A stretch of DNA of 48,734 nucleotides, counting the filler, from Streblomastix strix (Eukaryota), in the NCBI GenBank assembly GCA_008636045.1. It is 2 parts of 2 records of this genome, joined end to end, with 100 filler letters (N's around TTAATTAATTAA, not from the genome) between each part and the next. Parts side by side here need not be neighbours in the genome. Positions count along the whole stretch, not along the records: positions 1 to 24,318 come from SNRW01000239.1; 1 more part is not named here. One strand, 5' to 3'. The translations under genes were made by a program, and so were the position numbers. The notes below the pieces were generated by a model, which made no database searches, was not told the origin of the DNA, and saw nothing but the letters and a program-made list of their open reading frames with translations. Shown piece by piece: positions 1 to 13,429 of the stretch; within the stretch, counting starts at the first letter, position 1, and each line of letters begins with the position of its first letter.

Positions 1-3000
1 CTTCTATTTCTTTTAAGCGATCTGTTTTTGGTGAACTTTTGTTTCTATCTGATTTAATTGGACTTTTAATTCTATCTGATTTTAATGGACTTTTAATTCT
101 ATCTGATTTTAATGGATTTTTCTCTTTATAATTTAATCTGTCCGATTTAATTGGACTGTTTGATTTTTGTTCGTTTTTATTGATTGGAGATTTGTTTCTA
201 TCGGATTTCTATGAATTTTAATATTAATTATCTTCAACTTTTAATTATTTAATTTTTTCTGAATTTTAGCTATCTTTGGTTTGATATTAATTTTATTCTT
301 TTCGTTAACTTTACTCATTATCTTTATCTTAGATATATTGTTATAATTTTTATAATTATATTAACTATTATTAATATGAAATTAATTATTGCTGATATTG
401 CTGTTGTAATGATATTAATTATGTTTGTGCATTTTTATCGTTATCATTTTATTTATAATTATTTTTTTATTTCTATTATTTTGAAGTTTCTTGTTATAAA
501 TTTAATATTTATTATTGCAACGATTGTAGCACGGCAAGTTAAGCAAATAATTACTATTACAATTGAGAATATTATTATGATGAATATTGTTATTCTATTT
601 ATTAATTAGATGATGATGATACTATTTTATATGGTATTGAAGGAGAAGCTTAATTTGTAGTAAAAGGTGTTGGAGATATAGAAGTTTATGGAATTGAGAA
701 TGATGGGAATTGATGTGATGGAAAATACGCAGGAATTTAATTAGAATCTTAATTAGAAATTTAATTTGGAATTTAATTAGAATTTTAATTTTGGTATTAA
801 TTAGTTGAAATTTGAAAAGGAGGAGAAGCAGTTCTAATTGTTGAATCTTTTTCCAGCTCAGAGTATGTTTGATATGATTATTAAACTTTCAAATTAACTT
901 GTGTGTTTCTATCTGAATTTTATTTAGTTTTTGGGATGGATTGCGGAGAATTAAATGATTATGTCGGTGAATATATAGATTTATGAGTTGATTAAGCTAT
1001 TTGTATCTATTATTGCTACTAAAATTAGTTCTACTGTTATGTTTAATGAGAAGATGGAGTTAAAATTGATGAATTTGGGAGAATTGTTGATATTTAAGGT
1101 TATTATTATTATTATTACTATTTAAATGAAGAAGATTAAGATAATTAATATGATTAAGACTATTATGTTTATTATTATTATTATTATTTAAACAATTAAT
1201 CCTAATTAAATGATGTATTCTATGAAGCAGGTTATGAAGGTGGGAGAGGTGGCATTATAATCTAATTCAATGATGTGTTATTGTTTCTGTCAATTATCAA
1301 ATTGTCTTATTCATCAATATTGAATGATCTTTCATTATTGTCAGTTGATGTATCTTAATCTTTATATTTATATTTATTATCTTTTTATTAATTAATATTA
1401 TTATTAGTATCATTAAATCTTTAATTTTATTCTTATTCTTCTTCAATTTTTTCTTATTTAATTCCAAAAATCTTTCTTTATCTTTCAACAATATGATTTT
1501 TATTATCAGAAACACTTCTATTAGTTATATTATCTTAATAAACGGATTCTTTCTCAGATTTGATGCTTTTCTCATCTGGAGTAAGTTTCTTACCTGATTA
1601 TCTAAGTTCTTTTAATTCGTATTATATTATTTATTTTTCCTATTCTTCTTTCTTCAATTTATCATTTTCTATTTATAGTTTCAATTATTATTCAATTTAT
1701 AATTTTCTTTATTATTCTTTCTCTTCTTCTTATTATTATTCTTTCATTTTTCTTTATTGTTCATCAAAATATTACTACTATTATATTTATTGTTTATACT
1801 CAAATTCTTTCAGATTTTAATCTTATTTTTCATTTTATTTCTTCGTTTCCTGATCATTTTGCATTTTCTATTCTAATTCATATTCATCCAGTTCGACTCG
1901 GCATAAATATTCTTATCCGCTCGATTCATCATATTTATACATGTATTTGAATTTAGAGTTCGGTGAATTGTGTTATTCAAGTAATTGTTGCTTTTCTTAT
2001 TCTTTTTGATATTTTTCTTTCAATTCTTATTATAATATTTATTCTCTTTCTTTCTCTTTTTATTTTTGTATTTAGAATTATATCGATATTAGTTTTTATT
2101 CATCTACGTCTTTATTATTTTATTTTGTTATATTTTAATTTTAATTAATAATATTCTCTTTTCTGAGTTGTTATTTATTATTCAATTAATCCAATTATAT
2201 CTGTTATTATGATAATGTTAGTTGTTATGAATATAATATTGAAGATTAATAAGGAGAAATTGTTTACTATTAAATTTAATCTTAGTTCTTTATTAATTAT
2301 TATTCTTATTAATTATCTAATTATTATTATATTTATTCATTTTATAATAATCTTTACTATTTCAGTGAATTTGAATCATGTTTTGGAGAATGACTATGGT
2401 GATGCTTTGGTGAATTTGAATTAGATTATTCATTAGATGATATTTATTTATGAATATTACGAGATTAATCTTATTTATGATGATGAGATTCTATTAAATT
2501 GTTATTGATACTTAATCCATCAAAACCTAATTTTTCATATTCTTTCAAACTTGATTTATATTATTTTTTATTGGATTTTATTTCATCTTATTCTTTTGTA
2601 TTATTTCTTTATTATTCATTTTATAGATTTCTTGATAGTTCTTATTCAATTGAACTTTAATCTCCTTTCCGATAATAATTCAATATAGATGATGATTATA
2701 CAGAAGGTTATACTGGTGAATGTGCTAAATATCTTTTCTAATTATATTTGTTTATTTATTAATTCTATTATTATTATTCATTTTTTATATAATAATGACG
2801 ATTATTTGGTGAATTTGAATTAGAATCAGAATTTGAATCAGATTTTGAATGATGATTTTTATCTGGAGATGGAGAAATAGAATGTTTATGCGGAGAAATA
2901 GAATGCTAATGCGGAGAAATAGAATGCTAATGCGGAGAAATAGAATGCTAATGCGGAGAAATAGAATGCTTATTTGGAGTATGCGAATGATGATGAGTAG

Positions 3001-6000
3001 GTGTAATATATTATGAATTAGTTTAATCAGGCATTGAATGTGTCAGAGATTGAATTTATGATTTGATTTATTAGATTTATTGCTGTATTATTTATTATTA
3101 TGATGATGATGTTTAAGATTATGATTAAATATTTTCTTATTAATATAATGCATCAAAATTCTTATTCATATTTGGAGGTGTCCAAGAATGCTACTTTCTC
3201 TGTTATGGTGAATATTGATGATTATTTGAATTATATGGAGATATTGATATTGGAGGATTGGTTTATAATGAAGATGATTATTACAATTATTGTAAGTGGA
3301 GAAGCTGTTGTTCAAATTGTTTTGAGATTAAGATAGAGTTGTCTTTTGAATATTCTTTGTCTTTTTTTTAATTTTTCTTTTATGATTTGTCATTATCTTT
3401 ATTATCATCATTATCATTATCATTATCATTTTGTTCTAAATCAAAAGTAACTGACTTATTTTTATCTCTATTTTTGTCCTAATGTTTATCTTTTTCTTTA
3501 ATTTTCTTCTTTTTATCATTTTTCTAGTCATTTTAATTATCACTCTAATTATCTTTATTTTTCTTATTCTTTTTATCTTTCTTTTTATTTTTCTTTGATT
3601 TATTTGATTTTGAAGAAGATGAAGAAGAGGATAAAGAAGATGAAGAAGAAGAGGATGAAGAAGATGACGAAGAAGATGATTTAGATGATTCATCTGATGA
3701 AGGTGATTGTTTATTTTTTTTCTTTTATTTCTTATTCTTTTTCTTTTCTTTATTATTTTCTTTATCTTTTTATTATAATTATTCATTTTTTTATTTCGAT
3801 TTATTTTCTTCATTTTCTTTATCTTTTTATTATAATTATTCATTCTTTTATTTCGATTTATTTTCTTCATTTCCTTTATTTTTTATTTATTAATTCTAAT
3901 CAGATTCATCATTTGTTGATGATAAATTAAGGTCTAACAGATATGATTATTCTTCCAATATTTGTTTCTGTTCTTTAAATTCAATATTTCTTGCTTATTA
4001 TTAAATTGAATTACTACTAACATTAGCAGTATATGGTATAATTGTAAGTGTTTTATGTGATTAATTGAAAGGATCATCTTCTTCTTATTTATAATTAATT
4101 TATTCTTTTTCAAACTTTTTTCTTTATTTAGAAGATCTTTCATTATTATCAATAGATTTATCTTTTTCTTTAATTTATTCTTTTTAATTTTAATTCAAAT
4201 CTTTATTTTCTGTATCTTTTGAATTAAGCATCAGTTTTGCATTCATTTCGGTTGTTTTGTGAAGAAGAAGAATTAAATTCAGAAGAAGTTCTTAGTTTTT
4301 GCTTTCTTTTTCTTATGATTTCAGTTTTTCTATCTCATTTTCTATATCAGATGCTTTGCCAAGTTATTAATTATTATTATTGTTGTTGTATTAATTATCT
4401 ATTTATTAATCTTTTAATTATTCAATGTTGTTTCTGTTGTTATATTTACTTTCCAATTCAGATTATAATTCATCATTATTTTATTCGGATTTTTATTCTT
4501 ATTACTGATTATATTATTTATTTTCTAATTATTTGCTTTATTTCCATTCTGATAAGTCCTTTTCAAGTAATTCAACTTTTTATTATTAATTAGAATCATT
4601 ATATTTTTTATTTAACTTTTATTAATATTATTGATTCATCATCTTTTATTAATTCAATCTATTTGATGGTGATCTTGACCTTGATCTTGATTTTGAAGAT
4701 GTTGGAGTTTGAACTGAAGATTAATGAGCTTAATTTGATTAAGAAGATGAAGACGATGATGAAGTTATATTTGATAGAACAGATGGTGATTATGGATATG
4801 GAAGAATGAAGTTACTTATTAGTTATTTCTATTCAGTTCGCTTATTAGTTTATTATTATTTCTTATTTGAAATTAATTTATTATATTTATTATTCTTTTT
4901 ATTCGTCTTATCTTTATCTTTCATTTATTTATTTACAGGTGGTAATTAAAGTGAATTTTGAGATGAATCAGACAATATAGTTGAAGAAGAGTGAGTAATT
5001 GATCTGGATGAGCTTGATTATCTAGAAAGCGAAGGAGATTGAGTCAATCTTTATGAATAAGGTGTTTTGATTGGTGAAGTAGAATGTGCTTTTGAATTAG
5101 AATTAGAATGAGAATTAGAATGAGAATTAAAACGAGTATTTGGAGAAAGCGATTATTTTTATTATGATTTTGATTTATATTCTTATTTGGATTATTAAGA
5201 TGAAGAAGAAGACGAAGATTAATTTTTATTTGATTTGCTTAATTCAGTCTTTCGAAGTGGAGATGATTGTTATAAAATGGATGAATTTTGTATTGGTTGA
5301 GGAAATTTAATGTTTTTATTGGGTGAAATCGATTATTTATACAATTTTGGTGAATTTTACTTCATTTTTGATTTTTTCTTTTATACAATATGACTTTCTT
5401 ATTCAATATTTTTATCTAAATTATCAATTATTTATTTATATTATTACTGCAATTATTAAATATTATTATTATTCAATTTATTCTTTCTTGGCGTTGGAGG
5501 TTTTTCATTCATTTTTCTAATTTTATTGGATTATTCATTATTTTATTCAGTTTAATCTTGTTTCAAAGCAGATTTTGATGATTTAAGTGTTTTAATTTGA
5601 TTGGTTGATAATTAATTTACTGAAGTGCTTGTTTTTGCATCTAATTATTGTATTTATTATTTTTGAACTTGTTTTTATTTCAAATTTTATTTTTATTATT
5701 TATTTTTATTTGTTGGAGATTATATTTCATACTAATTTAGTATATTCGTATCTTCTAATATTTATCCTTATTATAATATCGATTAATCATTTTGATCAAT
5801 ATCCAAATCATGCAAAATTGAAGTTTATGAAGGAGAATTATATTAAATATATTATTGTTGATTATTTGTATTAAAATCGGGTGGAGGAGGAATTGGAGGT
5901 AATTAAAACTATAATTGCAGTGCATTATTATTATAAATAGAATTATGATTATTATTATTAGATAATAATCCTTTTCTTTATTAAATATGAATAACTGATG

Positions 6001-6868
6001 GTGGTGATTCTGAATAAGAAATTGATGATTAATCTCTTTTTAATTTAGATTTAGATTTATTATTTGAATTTGAATGCGAATGGGATTTGGAATGTTTTTA
6101 TGTAATAAATGAAGATTATTATTGTTATTATTAATCTTATTATTTTTTATTTGAAGGAATATGCGATCTTTGATAAGGATTTGTAGTTTCAGATTAAAGA
6201 GGTGAGTAAACATTCCTTATATATTCATTCAAATTCAAATCTCTATCATATTCTCTGATTTTAATAAGTTGATCTTATAGTTTGAATAGAGTAGATTAAA
6301 ATAAATCATCTTCTTTATTTGATATTTTTTATTCATTTATATTTTAATTCATATTATTAAATGAAGGAGATTTCTTCTTAGTAATTGATTGATCCGGTGA
6401 TTGGGATTTCATTCGAATACTTCTGTCAGTTCCATTTATTGAGTAATGAGATCCATTTGGGGGCGAATAAGTAAGTGTTTCATTCGCTTCAATGATTTTT
6501 CGTTCTAAGACTTCAATTTCTTTCTCTCGAAAGTTATTCAGTGCATTTAATCGCGCATTTTCTTCATTTTATAAGTCGTTTTATTTCTGTTTCTCTAAAA
6601 CTTATTTTTCGGTTTGTTTTTGTTTTATTTAAATTTGTTTTTGTAATTAAATTTTATCTTAATTTAGTTTTAGCAGTTCTTAAATTAGACTTTAAAGTTT
6701 CTTTTTGTCAGAAGGCTATAGATTTGCTAAGTTATTTACATGATTATCATTTTATTCATGTTGTTCTAATCGCACAGTCTTTGCTTGCTTCGCATTATTT
6801 AAAATATTTGCTTGTTTGGTGACAGAAGGTAATGGACTCCTATCACTTAATCTATTACTAGAACTCAT
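1..6868 (-). CDS. Very large low-complexity (Gln/Ser/Pro/Asn-rich) protein, 3'-partial; N-terminal coiled coil possibly KIAA1328/hinderin-like
   Basis: With TAR=Gln, ATG 6868 gives MSSSNRLSDRSPLPSVTK...LANLQPSDKKKLQSLIQELLKL. Spot checks at ~3400 and base 4 are in the same frame (>2280 codons, no intron seen). Many SP motifs. The KIAA1328 similarity is motif recall only. Confidence 0.75.
2874..2970 (-). repeat. 21-nt coding tandem repeat (ISPHQHS, ~4.5 copies)
   Basis: Unit gcggagaaatagaatgctaat repeated; in frame on the minus strand. Confidence 0.85.
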
Positions 6869-7800
6869 TAAATGGAAGTGATGAAAATAACTATTACAAA
6901 AAATTATTAAAAATAAATTTATGCAAAATGAATTATTTTGAATTTTAATTTTAAATTAAAATTTTGAGTCAATTTTAGAATATTTTGTAATTATTTTAAA
7001 AAAATGGTATATTAAAATAATTTTAATTTTAAAAATTTGAATAATATATTAAAAATTAGTAAATGAATTGAAAGCAATTGTTTGGGTTTATAGCATTTAT
7101 ATAAAATTAATAAATTAAATTATTATTTAGTATATGCATCATCTACGTAAATTAAAGAATTTCTTTAACTTAATTAAGTGTTTTTATTGAAATTTTGGTA
7201 ATTACCGTTTAACCACACTGTTATTTCTTTTGACTATTCAAATTTTTATTTCTTATTTATATTAGATTTTATTTGACTTTTTATTATTTATTTTAATAAT
7301 TTTTCTCTTTTTGTTGAAATTGGTTTTTCTTTTAATATTTCTATTTTTTTGCCTCAAATTTCTTTCAATATTTGTAATTTACAATTTATTGCGAACTACT
7401 TTTTATCGCTAATTTTTATTTTATTAAATATAAATTAATAATCAATTTTAATATTTATCATCTTCATTTTATCGTTTTTTTCATTTATTAATTCTATTTA
7501 TATATTTATTAGGCATATCTCAATGATGAAGACGACGTATTCAAAGTAATAAAATTTGAAGCGATTCTAGAACCAACAGCAGTGAAAATAAAAGGATCGC
7601 TTTCGTTGGAAAATGGAACAGAATGGAAGAGTAAATGTGCTATTCAATGAGAGTGAAGTTTGATATTTTTTATTATTACAAGTATTATTTATTAATTAAA
7701 TGTCCTTAGGTTGACTTTAAATGTATTTATTTTAATAAATTTAATTATCTTATATTTACTCATTTATTTATTAATATCAATCCATTAACAATACTCAAAG

Positions 7801-8188
7801 AAACATACACAGCGATTATGCATTTGAAGGCGCATATGACTTCATAATCGATATATTATCCAAAGTCAAAGTAGATGGACTTTTCATAGAATACGATGAT
7901 CAAAGATCTGGTGGCTTTGAACCCCTATCTAAAATATTCGCATCGGATCCTACACGAAGAGTAGTTCTCGGACTTGTCACATCCAAATTTGGCAAACTCG
8001 AATCCGAGGATGAACTGATAGCCAGAATTCACGAAGCAGAGAAATGCATCCCTATTGAAAATCTTTGCTTATCAACACAGTGCGGTTTTGCATCTGGCGA
8101 ATAAGGGAACATTATAACTGAAGAGGAACAGTGGGCTAAAATATCTCTGGTTATTAGAGTGGCTAAGAAAGTGTGGAGCGATGCGTGA
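7801..8188 (+). pseudogene. Orphan terminal exon of a cobalamin-independent methionine synthase-like (MetE C-terminal / YxjG-YxjH type) methyltransferase
   Basis: After an AG acceptor at 7800: NIHSDYAFEGAYDF...VDGLFIEYDDQRSGGFEPL...RVVLGLVTSK...RIHEAEKCIPIENLCLSTQCGFASGEQGNIITEEEQWAKI...VWSDA*. No upstream HxC-containing exon recognised nearby. Confidence 0.8.
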
Positions 8189-8792
8189 TAAATAATGATA
8201 AATGATAATAATGATAAATGATTGATAATGGTGAATGAGTTTATTCTTGAATGGGTTTGTATTTATCTTTAGTACGAGGGTATTTTAGAGGAATTTATAT
8301 TTAATTTTGTTTTAGAGAGGAAATTTTAATTTTTAATTTATTTTTATAATTGTTTTTGAGCTTTATAAGAAGATTGAGATGCTTTTACTCTTTTCTGTTA
8401 ATGAAAGAGTTTTATTAAATTTAACTTTTATATTTTCTAAACGGTTTGTTCAATTCCCAATGAATGTAAGAAATTTAATACTAATAAACAAATAGAATGA
8501 AATATAAATTTTAAACTTTTAGGATTATTTTATGCATGGTTATCTTTTATTCAACTATTTCAATTGTATTTATTCAACAAAAAATAAAAAAAGATAAAAT
8601 AAACTCATTATATAAAATTAAATAATATAAAACTCATTGGATGTTATTAATTCTTCTTTATTAATTGGAAATATGGCATTCTGAAAAAAGCATTGCCTAT
8701 TAATAGTTATGTGGAGAACAATTAACAAACTATTATATATTATAATTGGCAAGGCAGTTTTATATTTTTCTTATTCATCAGATCTAATCATT

Positions 8793-10990
8793 TCAATATT
8801 CATCATTACTTTCATCATCTTCCCTTTGTTCATCTTCAATTATATCTTCTGAATCATCTTCATCATTTCTTTATAATTTATTATTATTATTTCCTTAAAT
8901 TTTAAACTTATTTAAAATTTGATTTTTTGCATTGGAGGCATGAATTATAATATTTTTGTCTTAATTAAACATCAAACCATCAATTTCTTCTTATCCATTT
9001 TATTCTTCAACAAATTCTTCATTAGTTTTGATAGTTTCTGATTTAAAATATGTGTATTTATTAGATGACTTCATTTTGTTGTTAATTAATGTGAAGAACT
9101 CAAAGATATTTTCCACCGCCGAATTGATTTCGACATTTCCCTCTGATTCAGATCCTCCACAAGTTCCAATTAGTGAAATTAGTGAACTAACATAATTATT
9201 AATGATAAGAATTTCAACATCATCATTATCTCCAAAATATCGAATTTAATTCAGACATTCACAACTTTTCATTCTTATTAAAGCAGATTTGCAAACTTAT
9301 TCTTCAATTTCATTATCATTTCCTATACATATTATTATATCATTATTTTCATTTTGGCGATCAAGAAGATGATAATTCATTAATTTGATTAATGAAGGAA
9401 TAATGATATGAAATGATGTAACATTACCAACATTTTCCTCGTTGAACATAAATCGATGAAGAAGAATTAATGAAGAATAAATAATATTTTAGAAATTGAT
9501 TATAATTGATTGTGAATATTGATCCTCAATTTATAATTTATGAAATAATTCATTGTTTACAATGTCAATATCAAAATGAACTAGATGATTAAAAAGGATG
9601 AACTTATCTTTAGGATAACTATCATTAAAATACCTATTTGGGAGATTTTCAAATAAATTTAAGGCTGAAGATTGAAGATTAAGAACATAAAGAGTTGATT
9701 TCAAATTTATTCTCTTTTTGCATTGAAGTGAAATTGAGCAATTTATATGAATCAGGTGGATTAAACAGTCATGAATTATAATTGATTGAAATTGATTCTC
9801 ACAATCATAACGTTTTTCATTATTATCATAAATTTTCAAAATTTTGTTTATGAATTTCATTTATTCTTCAATTTCTTCATCTTTCATTATATTATTCATA
9901 TTAAATTCTTAATCATTATTTTTTCTTTGCATAATATTGATTAAATTAGTAATATTCTTATTTATTACTATCTTAATATGTTCATTAATATTTTCTTCAT
10001 TATAAACAAATTCCAATACTAAATATAAAAACGCTGCTAATTATTAAATCAAATCAGAAAAGTTATGATCTTCTATGTTTTCTTCTTATTAAACCTATTA
10101 AACAAAAAGATTTCCAATCTTTGAAATAATACTGGATTTCTATTTATCTTCATAAATCCATTCTTTCAAACATCCTGATTTGAAAAGTATCTCTAATATT
10201 CTTATCAATATTCTTAATGATACTGTTGAACAATTTTCCAATTTAATATAATTCAAATTATTCATCTCGTTTTTTGCTTATGCTACTTTCTTTTCTTCAC
10301 GATTAGAATTTTAAAATTATTATTAAATTTGTGTCAGTAAATATTCTTTGCAAGTATTATTAACTAAATTTGAATTCAACAAAATATTGATTTATTCATC
10401 TGGGAAAATAGTTAAATTTCCAAGAGCTGTTAATTGATAATATAAAAGTAAATATAATTATTAAAATTAATTAATAATTCTTAATAATAATTTATTATTA
10501 ATTGTTAAATGCACACCAATTAATTATGCAAGAGGTTAAAATTTTGAAATATCAATCTTTATTTCTTTATCATCAAGCACCGAATTATTAAGTTTGTTTA
10601 TAGCTTTTTCCGCTGCTTTTCCATTTTTCATCAACACAAATCCATAAATTTGATATTCATACTTAGGAATAAATTACATAAGAACTTTTCCAGCTTTTTC
10701 AAAATGCTTCTTTAACTTCTTTTCATTTGTTTCATAACTCAAATTACTCACAAATAATTAAACTGGATTCTTAATAGTTTTCAAATTTTCTGTTTGTGTA
10801 ATAAATTATATTGAAAATAATCGTTATAATATTCATTATTAAAGTAATTATAATTTTCAATAATATTAATTATCAAACCGATTGATGGAATTACAATAGA
10901 AGGCTTTTCTAAGGAACTCGAAGAACATAACTCATTCTCTGAATATTTGATAAGTTTATCTTAATGATCTCCAGATTCAATTGAAGCCAT
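8793..10990 (-). CDS. RRM-domain protein with a long helical (ARM-like) C-terminal region and acidic tail; probably intron-containing
   Basis: QLFVSNLSYETNEKKLKKHFEKAGKV...YGFVLMKNGKAAEKAINKLNNSVLDDKEIKI shows RNP2/RNP1 (~10550-10760). Ends EDDESNDEY-TGA. Confidence 0.75.
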
Positions 10991-11635
10991 GGTTCAATAA
11001 ATTTTCAGAGTCTTCCAATCTAAAATTAAAATAATAACGTTAATGAAAAGTTAAGATAGTTAAAATTGGAATAAAAATTCATATAAATGTATAATTTTAA
11101 GCAAATTTAGTAGAATTTAAGTTGTATAAGCACAAAGAACATTTGAAAAATATTTTTATAAGCAATCCAGGTTTTAATTTATTTTTTTAACTAAACTCTA
11201 ATTTTGAAATTAAATACTAAGAAAGTTAAAAGTTTTTGTTAATATGCAATATAATAAGAAGATATATTGTAATTTTATATGAGTTTTATGTTAATAGATC
11301 TAGCAATGATGGATGAAAATATTATTTGAGTTGTGTATAGCGAGATATGATTGTATGTTGAGTGTACTAATAATTATTATATTTAAAATATTTATTGTAA
11401 CGTAGTTATTATGATTCTCTTACAATTGAAGCACTTTCCAATGAGAACTTTTTTTAAAAAAAAATTTGTAATGGGCAAGATCGTGAAACCTTTGGTTGTA
11501 ACGATCTCATTAATTTGACAGATTTAATTTTATTTCACTTAAATAAATAGTTTTTAAATAAATATCACTTACATTAAATTGGAAATTTTAATAATTTTTT
11601 TTAAATTTTTAAATTTACAATATTTTTGAATATCA

Positions 11636-12575
11636 TCATTCTCTCCGAGCTTAAACGTCGTTGTAAATTGAAACTATGGTTTGAGATTTTGCAGCATAAT
11701 TATGAATTACTAAGTTTTCAAGCCCATTCATTAATATTTCTGCTTATTATTTGGTCATTAAAGTAACTTCTTAAGAAATTTCTTCATCAACATATGGAAT
11801 ATACTTGTGATTTATTAGATCATGATCAAATTCTAATACTTCAAATAATTAAAATATAGTACTCATATCTTTTTTATTAAACATATCATTTAAATCTTCA
11901 TATACATATACTTAATCTGATATATATTTAAATTTCTTAGTTATTGGATTTTATTCCTTATTTTTGATTCTAATTCCAGGCGATACTATATTTCTTAATT
12001 TTCCTTAATTGTATTCATCAATATATTATTCAACACATGCAAATACATCAACATCATATTTTTCATTAGAACTAATTTTACACATTGAATTACCCTTAAG
12101 ATTAGATACTGATTACATATTACAATATATTTATATGTAAACCACCATGAGCAGTTTATACAAAACCAACATTTAAACTAGTATCTTTCTTCATTTTTTC
12201 TAAGAGTTCATCGCGAACTACCTTTCTTTATTCATCATCCAATGATTTATTGAAATCAATATCAACAACATCTAAATATGGTACCTTAGCAATATTTATG
12301 CAAGATCCAGTGATTTTCTTTCCTTAAGTACCATAATCAATCTTATTATGGAAATATAAGTTAGTTTTAGCATGGAGAATTCTCTCATTTATTGTTTGAG
12401 ATGTGAATTCTAAAGCTTATTAATCAGCACTTGCAATTATAATATCCATAGCTCTTTCCATTTGATCAGCTATTTCTCTTGATACACCATGTTTTGCAAG
12501 AGTTTCATTATATTATTTATCAAGTTACTGTTTTATTTCGGGAGATAATTCTTCGACTTTTTAACTTTGCGCCAT
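11636..12575 (-). pseudogene. Prim-Pol (AEP superfamily) primase-like gene, frameshifted and probably 3'-truncated
   Basis: YLDVVDIDF (DxD) ... VQTAHGGLHI[frameshift ~12130]YCN ... YDVDVF ... RNIVSPG, matching the Prim-Pol motifs. No helicase domain follows. Confidence 0.75.
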
Positions 12576-12894
12576 TTTGCCATCTACCTAAAATGTTATT
12601 TCTAAAAAAAAAGATTAATTAAAAATAATTAAAATAACTAAAAAAAATAATTAAATAAAAAATAATAAAAAATGGAAATTAATTAATTTTTAATAAATCA
12701 AGAAAAATCATTTTTAAAATTCAAAATTTTATGCTCGAGCCTCGAACCGCCTTAAATTCCTTATTTTTAATTAACTTTATATATATAATATTGGATCGTT
12801 TTTTATTATTAATTATGCAAATTAAATTATTTGATTTTGCACTAATTTATAATTAACAAAAATAAATTTAATACACATCTTATTTTTCTATCTT

Positions 12895-13345
12895 TCATCC
12901 ACTCCTAATCATTGTTCCACTAACTTCACCAATGATTTCAAAGTTTAAAACCTAAGGATCAGGTGCATCATTAAAGGTAAATCTAATGATAGTATCACAT
13001 AGATAGTGCATCTGAGGAGTTATCTAAGCATATGTTGGAGTAGGATATGCTCTTGTTGCTATAAATGAAATGAGATTGTTTTGATTTTCATCTGCAGCGC
13101 GTTTAATCAATTCAGTACCGACAATTCCTTCTGTTAAACTACCTGATAAACTAACTTATATATTAGTTCTAGCACCCATTTTAGACGCATTATATCCTCT
13201 CATGAATGAATCATCAGTTGCCATCTTCCAAGCAAGCATGAATTTATGAGGATAATATACTTTTACTGCTTTAGTTCCTACACATAACGTAGTATTATAG
13301 AAGATATTCTCTGTTTCTTAGATATTACCAGTCTTCCTATAGTAA
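12895..13345 (-). pseudogene. C-terminal fragment of a probable major capsid protein
   Basis: VYYPHKFMLAWKMATDDSFMRGYNASKMGARTNIQVSLSGSL...ITPQMHYLCDTIIRFTFNDAPDPQVLNFEIIGEVSGTMIRSG*. No start; alternating beta-strand pattern; sits in the morphogenesis module. Capsid identity is inferred, not proven. Confidence 0.55.
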
Positions 13346-13429
13346 AACTAGTATCAATGGATAATATCATTTAATTACTATTTATCATCTACTCCAAATA
13401 ATTATCGTTATTATTGATTAATAATAATG

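Noticed and set aside
376..6822. Hydrophobic + strand ORFs in the supplied track
   Set aside because: Antisense shadows of the long minus-strand TAR=Gln gene.
12720..12760. GC-rich patch (gctcgagcctcgaaccgcc) as a terminal inverted repeat
   Set aside because: No partner copy seen in the window; cannot be tested because the other end is missing.
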